Positions 35,544 through 45,405 of a stretch of DNA of 45,405 nt are shown here, in pieces. Below the pieces are notes generated by a model. That model did no database searches. It saw only the letters and a list, made by a program, of their open reading frames with translations, and was not told where the DNA came from. Made by a program: the position numbers and the translations under genes. Position 1 is the first letter of the stretch; the number at the start of each line of letters is the position of its first letter. This DNA is from Callorhinchus milii (taxonomy: Eukaryota), in assembly GCF_018977255.1 (NCBI RefSeq), contig NW_024705430.1, forward strand, positions 1-45,405, in the 5' to 3' direction.

Positions 35544-36736
35544 TTATCCATTTTAATATAACACTATGTATTATTCTACCCACCCTAATGTGTATCACAC
35601 TGCTATATATTTACTATACAATTACGACACCATACATTACTCTGCACACTGCACCATGCCAGTGAGTGGAACGCGGTCTGAAAGTCACCGTAAACGTGAA
35701 CACAATCAGTTAAGATCCGAAATGGTTTATTACGTCCTTCCAATGATTGCTAAGCCAGAATCCATCTTCTCGGTTGAAATTGTCTCTGTGTTTGTATATG
35801 TGGATCGCCTCATGAACGAATCTCTCATGATAGCCAGATGGCTTGCAGAGAACCTCTGTCTTGGAGAAGTCAATGTCATGTGAGCCCACTGAATTGTAAC
35901 AGTGATCTGCCACGGCTGAGGTGTTTGTCCTACCGTGTTTCAGGTCTGCCTTATGTTCACGGATGCGGTCCGAGACATGTCGTTTGGTTTCTCCAATGTA
36001 ACTGCTACCACAGAGGCAACTTAGTTTGTAGACGCCAGGGTACTGTATGTCTGGAACCACATCTTTTACAGACGGGACCAGATCACGGATTTTATGTACT
36101 GTGTTGAATCGGACCTGGATCTTGTGTTTAATCAGGATTTTGGATATCTTTTTTGTGACCCCAGCAATGTAGGGTAAGGTGATGGTCTTGAAAGGCTCCT
36201 CAACAGGATCCTTCTTGATGGTTGGAGTGATGGCCTTGCGGATTGTGTAGTTGGAGTAACCATTAGCCTTAAGAGTTTGGCGTACGTGTTTGAGTTCACT
36301 GCCAATGTGTTCCTGGTCGGAAATGCATTGGGCTCTATGGTATAGAGTCTTGATGAGGGAATTCTTCTGGGATGGATGGTGGTGGGAATCCGGTTTTCAT
36401 GGAGAAATTTGAAACAGATGCCATCCAGACATCCACCCTACGTCCTTCCTTGTGAAAGAGATTTGTGTTTGTTTATTTTTATTTTTACGTGATACAAAGT
36501 AAAACAAATGTGTGTAGAATTAGTTAAACAAAGAGGGAGCAAGTGATATTTGTGGACCCAGGAACGCAACCCTATTTTTCCCACAAGGTCTATTTATTAT
36601 CGAATCCAGCTTTGCCCAACACGGCCTTTTTCAGGAACGTAACCTCTCGGTTCGGTGAGGTTTGCCTGTGTTGCGTGAATTACTAAAAAAAAATGTATTA
36701 GAACAATTTTAAACTTTATGTTAAAAAATTATTTGG

Positions 36737-37910
36737 GTCTTTTGGTCAAGTCACGTAGATAGGTAAAATAATAAATATAAAATAAACAAAATACTACGAC
36801 GTTTCGATCACAACACAAGCCATCGCCATCAGGAGGAAAGATGGGGAAAGCTACATTTTGACTTAAAACTTTCGTGACTGCAGGAATTATTATTCTATGG
36901 TTCTTTCGGTAAAGTCACGTAGATATAAATAAAGCGATAAAAAATACCATGACGTTTTGATATCAACACAAGCGGTCATCATCAGGAACAGGGAGGTTAG
37001 CCTCTGAAGGCAATATGTTTGTAAAGGTTTTAAGATGGGCGGGGCGGCTAATGTTAATGTAGGAGAAAAGCCCCGACACCGGCAGTAGGTATACACCAAT
37101 CATAGAGCTGTTTATAAAGGTTTAGAGATGGGCGAGGCAGCTGATGTTAACGTAGGAGAAAGCCCTGACACCGGCAGTAGGTTTACACCAATCAAAGCAT
37201 TGCCCTCGCTCCACTCACCCACACTGCTGACGGTGGAGGTTGACAAGAAAACACAAATCAAGTCATGACCCAAAGTGGTTGATGACATCTTTCCAATGAT
37301 TGTTGAGCTTATAACCATCCTCTCGGTCGAAATTGTATCTGCGTCTGTAAATATAGATGGCTTAATGAACAAATCTTTGTTGATAGCCAGCAGGCTTGCA
37401 AAGTACCATCGTCTTAGAGAAATAAATTTCGTGTGAGTCAGCTGCATTAAAATAATGATCAGCCACGGCAGAAGTATTGGTCCTACCGTGTTTCAAATCT
37501 GCCTTATGCTCACAAACACAGTCTGAGACATGTCGCTTAGTTTCCCCAATGTAACTGCTGCCGCAGACACAGCTCAGTTTGTTGACGCCGGGATATTGCA
37601 CGTCACTAATCTTGCCCTTCACAGATGGGATCGGATCACAAATTTAATGTACCGTGCTAAATCGGACCTGGATCTTGTGTTTGTTCATGATTTTGGAAAT
37701 CTTTGTGGTTACCCCTGCTATGTATGGCAAGGTGATGATTGGATCCTCAGATGTCTCCTTTATCACGAAGCCATCTGAGTATCCAATAAAAACCTTGTTT
37801 GTTTGTTGTTTGTTTATTTTATATTTATTATATTACCTATCTACGTGACTTTACTGAAAGACCCAAAGAATATGAATTCCAGCAGTCACGTAAGTTTTAA
37901 ATCAAGATTT
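36737..37910. mobile_element. Cluster of older Penelope-like fragments (two termini on -, GIY-YIG remnant 37270-37740 on -, inverted terminus 37800-37910 on +)
   Basis: YPGVNKLSCVCGSSYIGETKR; repeated ttctttcggtaaagtcacgtag terminal motif; degenerate hammerhead cores. Confidence 0.85.
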
Positions 37911-37944
37911 ATACGTGAGAATGTTTATTTTCACGAATGCCCAC

Positions 37945-38073
37945 CAGATCGATCAGAGTTCTGAGGCCCTTGCTGGTGATCAGAGCCAAGCCTGCATCCG
38001 AGAAGACACCCAGAGCTCCCGCGCCACCCTCCGCTGTGCAGCCAGTGTCGAAGGTCTCCATTGCCTTCCAGAT
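37945..38073 (-). CDS. C3: Complement C3 exon (linker region): [42 protein letters not shown]; apparent 1-nt deletion near 37955-37960
   Basis: D-x-G-C-T...G-V-F-S-D-A-G-L motif of C3; acceptor gtgaAG, donor GTgggc; 129 nt, but the next exon requires a phase-1 end (130 nt). Confidence 0.93.
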
Positions 38074-38109
38074 CTTCACAAAAAAGACAAATATCCCCCA
38101 TATAGTCAT

Positions 38110-38373
38110 TAACAGACTGTTGTGGCAGTGCCGTTAGCGAGCACCTATGAAGGCTGGTACGACACACGAGGTGGTGCATTGCCAGCACCACGCCCGGCCA
38201 ACTTTGTCTCTAGTGGTGATGTTTTACACACTCCACCAGGTACTCATTTGGGGCTGGGTCAACTGAGGGGAAGCCCAGGACTAATTCAGATAATCCTTAC
38301 TGGTGTTAGCGGTCAGTAAAAATCAAACTTGTGTCGACAGGTTCGTAGCAGTGCTCTAATCACTGCGCCACCA
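38110..38373 (-). mobile_element. tRNA-derived SINE; a second copy of the body at ~17245-17425 (+)
   Basis: Box A-like TGGCGCAGTGATTAG head; body cagccccaaa.gagtacctggtg..gtgtgtaaa.catcaccact shared between copies. Confidence 0.7.
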
Positions 38374-39904
38374 CTCCCCAACATCCGCACCACCACCACA
38401 ATTTTAAGTTTTATTACGATGCTTTTTTCACCCAGCAAGACCTCACTGAGTCTCAAGACTCATTTCAGGAATATCCTACAAAGGCCTTTGCAATATAGGG
38501 ATGATGTTACTATGCTAAATCCAAATTGACCAATTCGCAAGTAATTTTTCCGCATTGGAATGCTTTGCCCAATATCAGTTTCATTGTATGTATTTTGCTT
38601 ATATGACTATTCCAAATAACCCAGGATAACCCCATTCGGAACAGAACATACAAACTCCACGCAGAAAAGCAACCGAGCCATGAATTAAACCCAGAATTTC
38701 TTGCTGCCTAAAGTTTACCCCAATCACTGTGATAATTATATCAACAAATCCAATTTCATCATCATTAGTACATGTGTTATGTATGCCATTCTTATAGCAC
38801 AAACGGTATCATGAAAGCACTGTGTTTCACATACATAATCTGCAGAAATTTCACGATCGGGGTGATGTTGCTGTGTTATCCAATTGAGTAATTTGCGTTG
38901 TTATTCTTTGAAGTGGCCTACTCGTTTCAAATGTCAAGGGATCTTAACATCCCCTGTAAAATGGATGCCACATAGCATACTTTTTATAGGTAATACACAT
39001 TGCAGTATTGATCAAGGCAGCCAGTTGGGTTTGAACTGCTAACTTCTGCAACAAACGGCGAACACGCTACTGCTGGGCCATGTTACCACCCCAACATACA
39101 ACAATAACTGACTGTCGAGTATTGTAGCTTTCTGCACAATATGTCATACGGAATCAGAGGAAACACAGCTCGTATCTCCTCTAGGGTAATGGTTATAACT
39201 GGGAATTGGCTGAGGGATTGTGGCCATTTTTACTTTTAACACCCCAGCTACAGGATGAAAGAATATTCTAATTTTAATAACAGAGCAACACATTGTATAT
39301 GGATTTGGATTATGGTTCCATAAAATGATAGATTTAAACTGGTTTCCAGTTCCAGTTCAACTCTCACATCTCCATATTCATATTTAACTCGATAATGGAA
39401 CAATTCAGACATAAATTGTATGCTCAACAGCATAATCGAGATTTCCCTTACGGTTAAAAAAAACTACTTTCTCCGTGGACTATCACTCTTATGCCTTGCA
39501 TAATTTGTATTGTTTAACAGAAAGATTTCATTATTAAAACGTCTTATATTACGTCTAATAAATACTCAAGAGCAATGGTTACAAATATTGGATATCATTG
39601 CAGGTGCATTACCCATGAAATGCATGCTGTTTGCTTCACAGCAAGCATGAAACATCCCCTCACTTCATTCGAAATGAGTAGGCCATTGTGTGCTGGTCTC
39701 ATGGGACAAATTTGTAAAATTACCAACAAATTACTCAATTGGAATTAAACAGCCACATCGCCCACTACTGACAGACTATATCATTCTGTGAACATTGCCC
39801 CTTCCTTCGCGATAGTCCCGTGCTTTATGAATGGCGCGAACAACCAAATGTACGAAATTATGATTAGTTATGAATGGCAGTGCCAAGCAAATGTGCATAC
39901 ACAC

Positions 39905-40057
39905 CCTGTCTTGTGTAAATCGGTGTTTACGGTTGACAGCGTAGACGGCTTGATCGACAGCGAGCAGACCTACTCTCGCATCAGGCTCCCCAGTCAGATC
40001 CAAAGTTAACATGGCCTTTGGTTCCAATGTGGGGCGGCCTTTCAATGAAAGAGACAC
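39905..40057 (-). CDS. C3: Complement C3 exon (beta chain): VSLSLKGRPTLEPKAMLTLDLTGEPDARVGLLAVDQAVYAVNRKHRFTQDR
   Basis: C3/alpha-2-macroglobulin motif G-E-P-D-A-R-V-G-L-L-A-V-D-x-A-V-Y; acceptor ...ctactcAG, donor GTgtgt; 153 nt, phase 0 to 0. Confidence 0.95.
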
Positions 40058-40320
40058 CTGAGTAGGGAAAATATCAAACTCGTTAGGAACAAATGTTCAT
40101 GAAATAAAAAGTTGTCGAATATAGAGTCTGGTCATCTGCCATCAATTGCATGGCAAAAGTACCATTGTAAGCATCATCCATGGTCAATCCACTGCTGGAT
40201 AAAAGCCTCCCCAATCCATCATGACCTCTCACGATCCTGCGATGCAACAATCCACAAAGCACCAACACGTGAACTATAGCATTACACGCTGTAGCAATAT
40301 ATATGGTTGTTTATTAAGTG

Positions 40321-41417
40321 TGTAGTGTTTTTATTTCATGCGGACAACTTATTTTTATCCTGTCACTTTTTATTGAACAGAACTCCTCGCGTTCGACACC
40401 CCGTAACTCCGTCGTGATTTTCCCGCTTGCACTGCTTGCATGCTTTCCTCCGCTGGCTCCGCTCTCCCTGAGCCTCTCCACTGCTTTGTAAAAGGTAAGG
40501 GTAGAGTGATTGTATTGTGGTAAGGTAAAAGGTAGGGTAAAGTTTGTTTTTACCGTTTAACTTTTACCTTACCTTGCCGAGGCCTACTGCTTGCCTTCTC
40601 TCTCTCTCACCTCTCCTAGCCTCTCCACTGCCAAGCCTGTTGTCTCTCTCACTCTCTTAGCCTCTCCACTGCTAGCCTGTTCTCTCTCTCACTCTGCTAG
40701 CCTCTCCACTGGTAGCCTATTACTATACACTCTGGTAGCTTCCCACCGTACACTCTTGCTAGCCTCTCCACTGCTAACCTATTACTATACACTCTGGTAG
40801 CTTCTCCACTGCTAGCCTCTCCTCATCCCTTCTGCTAGCTTCTCTACTGCTAGCCTTCCGCTATACACTCTGCTAGCTTCTCTACTACTAGCTTCGCATG
40901 CTCACACTTAGGATTTCGCTAGCTTTACTGCTAGCTTCACACGCTCACGCTTATTATTTCGCTAGCTTCTCTACTGCTAGCCTTTCTCTCCTCACCTCTC
41001 CAACCTCGCCCTTGTCTCCAGTGGGAGTTCAGCCATCACCGCTGGAGAGGTCGAGGTGTGGCGAGCAGGGCCTGGACCCTCTTGTCTTTCCTCGTCTTCA
41101 CTCCGACCAACCCAACGCCCTCTCTCTCACGCTCCCTTATATATGTCCCCTCCTTATTAACTCCTCATTAAGCTGGCGACCTCCCGTCGCCTCACGCCCG
41201 TGGCTTCCACCACTATCGCCGCAATCTCCCGTCAATCTGGCGCCTGTTCCGCGCCTGCATTTGCAGCCAGCCAATCACTGCTGTACATCTTAATTAGCCG
41301 TCTTCTTTCCATTGCTCTCTCTCGCCGCACCTGTTCGTCCCGATGCGACCTCACTGTCTGTGTAACTCGCACATGCGTGCACACCCCTTGCAAACCCCCG
41401 CGCGCTACTCCACTACA
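40321..41417 (-). mobile_element. Solo LTR with internal tandem expansion (ctccactgctagcct units)
   Basis: TGTAGTG...CACTACA; homologous to 43323-44145; flanks agtg/aatg. Confidence 0.82.
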
Positions 41418-41438
41418 AATGTATGATTGTGTGTAATC

Positions 41439-41782
41439 GAAGGCCGTAGCCATGGAGTCAAAATTGGGGGGGACCAAATCTTCCAGGGGGTCTGGCGTTC
41501 CCCCACCAGAAAAAAAAATCTAAATTGGCCATTTCCTACCTAAATAAAAATCACTAACAATAATGTCTAATAGTGTATTGTATTCCACTGCTCTGTTTTT
41601 TTCTTTTTTACCTTTTTATATTTCATTGTATGTCATGGCAGAGAAGTACAACCATAACCACAATCATATAAACATAAATCTATTTTATAGCAATATATTG
41701 GGGGACATTTTGAGCATATTTGAATATTGGGGAAGGGGTGTGTCCCCCCCCCCCCCCAATATATATTATAATTACGGTCTTG
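41439..41782. mobile_element. hAT-type MITE
   Basis: Imperfect TIRs gaaggccgtag / ttacggtcttg with a perfect 8-bp TSD gtgtaatc (41431-41438, 41783-41790). Confidence 0.8.
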
Positions 41783-42755
41783 GTGTAATCATACGCTATT
41801 TGAAGATAATTGTGCTGGCGTTCTTCTTGTTTCCTGACAGGCTGGCTTGCAAGTGAACTGCCGTGATGTCACAGTGCACATTTGCGTGATGCCATCACCC
41901 GCTTCCTACAGCGTGGAGCCGGGTTCATGCGCGCTGACGTCACACATCGCCTCCCACCCACCCTCCAAATGCACGGGGTACACTATCATATCAGGAGGGA
42001 GGAACAGATGGAGCTTATATTGATTGCATTATTATTAGTGTTATTATGATGCTTGTTTACCCAGGAAAGTCTCACGATTTTAAATTTACGATAGGGAACA
42101 TTTTAATTGGCATGGCTATATTTAGCATCAAAATATAACCACGGATGAGGATGATGTCGAGAAAGGCATGCATATTTAATTCATATCGAGACATTCAAGC
42201 GTGACACGTGGGGTTCAGAAACAAAAACATGGAACGAAACTAAAAAGTGTGCAGAGACACGAAGAGATGCATATTAGGCATTACGTTGAGGCACAGAAAG
42301 AGGAAGACATGTATTAGAGAACATATGCAGCTTAATGACTCTATTCATATAATGTAATATATTCACTATCCAAAAGGTCTAAGTGTAATAATTATACGCA
42401 TATCTGGATACACGTTATAATTGTCCTGCAACCACAACGAGGTGCTGCATTTTGAATACAGTTTAAGTACAGAACTAGAAACTGCAGGGGAATGCTTCAT
42501 GATTAGTTTATTTTGGGTTAGGTTGTGTGATTAAAACACGTGTCATAAACCCTCCTCCACGCGACACAGCCAATTAATAAAATTGTCACATGAACAAACG
42601 TGCCGATTTATTACTGCTTCAGAACACGGGTGTGCTGGAGAGTAATCTCACAACGTAACATTCCAGGGGGATGTGTTGATAGATGTCCTTCTACAATAAT
42701 CGCGAGACATGCCAGAAGAATATTTAATCACGTAGGTATAAAATAAAAAAAATAA

Positions 42756-42802
42756 ATCACGACGTTTCGGGCGCAACACAAGCATCCATCATCAGGTGGG
42801 AA
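42756..42802 (-). ncRNA. Hammerhead ribozyme motif (Penelope terminal fragment)
   Basis: Reverse strand: cac-CTGATGA-t-GGATGC-ttgtgtt-GCGCCC-GAAACGTC-gtg; stem II imperfect. Confidence 0.72.
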
Positions 42803-42899
42803 AGCATGGTCTGCTGCTGAGGCAGACTGTTTTAAAAGGTTTGAAATTGGTGTAGCTCAAGGGTCATAAAGAAGTGGCCGGGGTTAGTGATGTTAATGT

Positions 42900-44145
42900 G
42901 AGAAATTAGCATGTAACTGTAAGATAGGAGAGCGGCCTCCTCGACGAGGGCACGGAAGTGGCTATGATAATGTGAGAGACACATGGAGTGGGATGCGATC
43001 ACGCCAGCTGATGATCGCTGTCACGTGGGTGGGACGCAGCTCCGTGTCAACGAGGGAGCGTTCCCCATCCTTGTCCCCTGTCTACCCATTCAGGGGTGAC
43101 GGACTGGCTGCTGGAACCCGCTCTTGAGGAAGGACTTTCCGTTGAAGATATGACTGAAGCGTTACTATGCTGCAATTGTTATTGTGGGACGACATTGTTG
43201 TTTGGACCCTTGTTAGTCGTGTTGTTGATTGTTGCAGGTTGTTCACCCGTCCACTGATCGCACGTTATATTGCTTGTGCGTAGCTGGGATGGATAATTCT
43301 ATATCACGGGGGGGGGGGGTGATATAGTGGATTAACGCGCACCAAGAGGAGGAATTGGAAACACGTGTGTGTTATGGACAGTGGGGTCAACTCAGGGCAA
43401 GCAGGTGTTGCTGGGAGGATAACGGCCGGAGGGAGACGGTTCGTTAAGTGGTTATAAGATGCAGGGCAGTGATTGGCTGGTTGTTGTTGTCAGGGGCAAG
43501 GTGGCGCCAGCAAGTCTGGAGATGGGGACGATAACGGCGGAAGCCACGGACGCGAAGCATTGGTGGGGACGCCGGTTAATTAATTGGTAATTAATGAGGA
43601 TGGGGATATATATGGGAGCGTGAGAGAGTGACGGGGAGTTGTTGCTGGGAGGTGGATGGAGACAGTCGGGGAGAAGCAGTGGAGCAGGAACAAGAAGATA
43701 TGAAAGATAGGATAGGCTAGCAGTGGAACAGGAACAGAAAAGATATGAGAGATAGGATAAGGCTAGCAGTGGAACAGGAAAGAGATAGAATAGACTAGCA
43801 GTGGAGCAGGAACAAGAAGAAGACATGAGAGACAGAGAGTGAGACGGAGACGCCGAGAGAGAGACAGTCGGAGTGAGACGGAGACGCCGAGAGAGAGAGA
43901 CAGTCGGAGTGAGACGGAGACGCCGAGAGAGAAAGAGACAATCGGAGCAGAGACAGTCGAAGCAAAGAGGAGAGCCGGGGAGAGAGAGACGGAGAGAGAG
44001 ACGGAGGGAGCGGAACGAGCGAGGCAAGCGGAGCACGGCGAGCAAGCAGAGAACGCTCTGAAGTCACGGTTGTGGAATATAAAGAGTTTTGTAATAAAAA
44101 GTGACGACGGAAAAATAAGTTGTCTGCGTAAAGTTCAGCACTACA
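42900..44145 (+). mobile_element. 3' end of an LTR retrotransposon: UTR, PPT and LTR 43323-44145
   Basis: G-run PPT ending near 43319, TATAGTGG (mutated TG) ... CACTACA, AATAAA near 44093; left boundary approximate. Confidence 0.78.
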
Positions 44146-44149
44146 GTAG

Positions 44150-44681
44150 TGTAATGACATGATGACACCTGCTGGTTGGAAAAGGAAAGCACGGGCACCA
44201 CTAAAACATCATCCAATCCCAAAGGGAGAGGTGTCTGGGCCAAAGGTAAGGGGCGGGCTGCCTGAGATACTCTGGGAACCTAACGGGAATGTTCCATGAG
44301 AGGGCGTGGCCGGAGGCGGAGCCTAGCCGCGCCTTGCGGCAATTTCAGCGGGGGCAGAGGAAGACTCGTGGTCAGTGTGTGGAGTCTTGGGTCCGGACTG
44401 CATTGCTGCTCGCCGTCATCTCTCTCCGTCGTCCAGTCATGTGGCAGATCTCCTGCCGAGTTCCACCAGCCTTACCGGCATGTCGTCAGTCAGCGGCAAA
44501 GGCCGAGAGTGGACAGGTGGACCCACGCCGGATGATCGACCATGTGTGTAGCCTGTAGGGATGCTAACATCTAAGTGTTGTTCTCAGAAAAGGAAGAAGA
44601 TAGAGTGGGCCTGTGTTGTGCCGTATGTGAAATAAAAAAGAGTACCCTCTACACGACATGTCGCGGAAGTCACGCATTACA
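44150..44681 (+). mobile_element. Solo LTR
   Basis: TGTAATG...CATTACA, TSD GTAG, AATAAA near 44631. Confidence 0.88.
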
Positions 44682-45192
44682 GTAGTATCGACAAACAGTA
44701 GTTATATCTACTGACTCTACAGTAGTATCTACCGACTCTATCGTAGTATCTACTGAACATAATAGTAACTACTAACTCTATAGCAGTATCTGCTGACGAT
44801 AGCAGTATCTGCTGACTTTATAATAGTATTTACTGACTCTATATCAGTATCTGCTGACTCTATACCATAATCTACTAACTCTAAAAACGTATGTACTGAC
44901 TGCAGCAGTATATACTGACTGTAGTTATATCTACTGACGGTAGTGGTATCTGACTATAGTAGTAACTACTGACTTTAGTAGTATGTACCGACTCTATAGT
45001 CATATCGACCGACTCTATAGTTGGAACTAATGACTGTATAGTAGTATCCACTGATTATGGTAGTAACTACTAACTCTACTAACTCACTACTGACTTCATA
45101 TAGTAGTATCGGCTGACTTTAGTAGTATCTACTAACTCTACAGTAGTACAGTAGTATCTCTAGTATCTCTTAACTGTAGCAGTATTTACTGA
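44682..45192. repeat. Degenerate ~21-bp minisatellite
   Basis: Recurrent tagtagtatctactgactcta-like units. Confidence 0.85.
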
Positions 45193-45405
45193 CCATGAGA
45201 ATAGGTTTTCCCCTTTTTTCTGGCAACAAAACAGGTGTTAAGATGTTAAAACACCACTGAAACCTTTTACAAGCAATCACGGTTCAAGTTTCATTGATTA
45301 GGTATAGCCCTGTGAACCATGCAGCTCTTGAGTCGGGTGCATGTCTGCATTAACCACAATACTTGTGGTCAGAATACAAACAAAAAACACACTGATAATA
45401 TTTGC

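Larger units (their letters stand above)
35087..36400 (-). mobile_element. 5'-truncated Penelope-like element (GIY-YIG ORF ending at 35710, UTR, terminus)
   Basis: YPGVYKLSCLCGSSYIGETKR...NREDG; hammerhead and terminal motif at 35087-35209. Confidence 0.9.

Noticed and set aside
35323..35665. PolyQ, polyA and polyC ORFs
   Set aside because: Translations of a trinucleotide repeat in a retroelement UTR; no gene context
43452..44162. Arg/Glu- and Ser/Leu-rich ORFs
   Set aside because: Low-complexity GA repeats inside an LTR
40058..45405. Upstream C3 exon
   Set aside because: No matching translation found by eye; probably outside the window

Overview
Vertebrate genomic DNA, most likely a lamprey (inferred from my recollection of lamprey complement C3). 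The backbone is part of a complement C3 gene on the minus strand: seven exons between 40057 and 22464 encode the end of the beta chain, the RKRR processing site, the C3a anaphylatoxin and the start of the alpha' chain, all with AG/GT splice sites. An intronless, full-length CYP2-family cytochrome P450 (11046-12581) lies on the plus strand, apparently inside the C3 intron that follows the 22464 exon. As assembled, the P450 has three 1-nt deletions and one C3 exon has one; neither shows an in-frame stop in the corrected frame, so consensus errors are at least as likely as pseudogenisation. The rest is repeats: many Gypsy-type LTRs (TGTAG...CTACA, mostly solo, several with 4-bp TSDs), a decayed Gypsy body, a two-LTR non-autonomous element with tandem arrays, Penelope-like elements with hammerhead ribozyme motifs (one is a young copy forming a ~0.9-kb-arm inverted repeat with a TSD), Tigger and hAT relics, SINEs, possible Helentron-type non-autonomous elements and simple repeats. 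I found no clearly novel system. The best leads are the nested intronless P450 and the Penelope terminal RNA module (hammerhead plus a second conserved hairpin).
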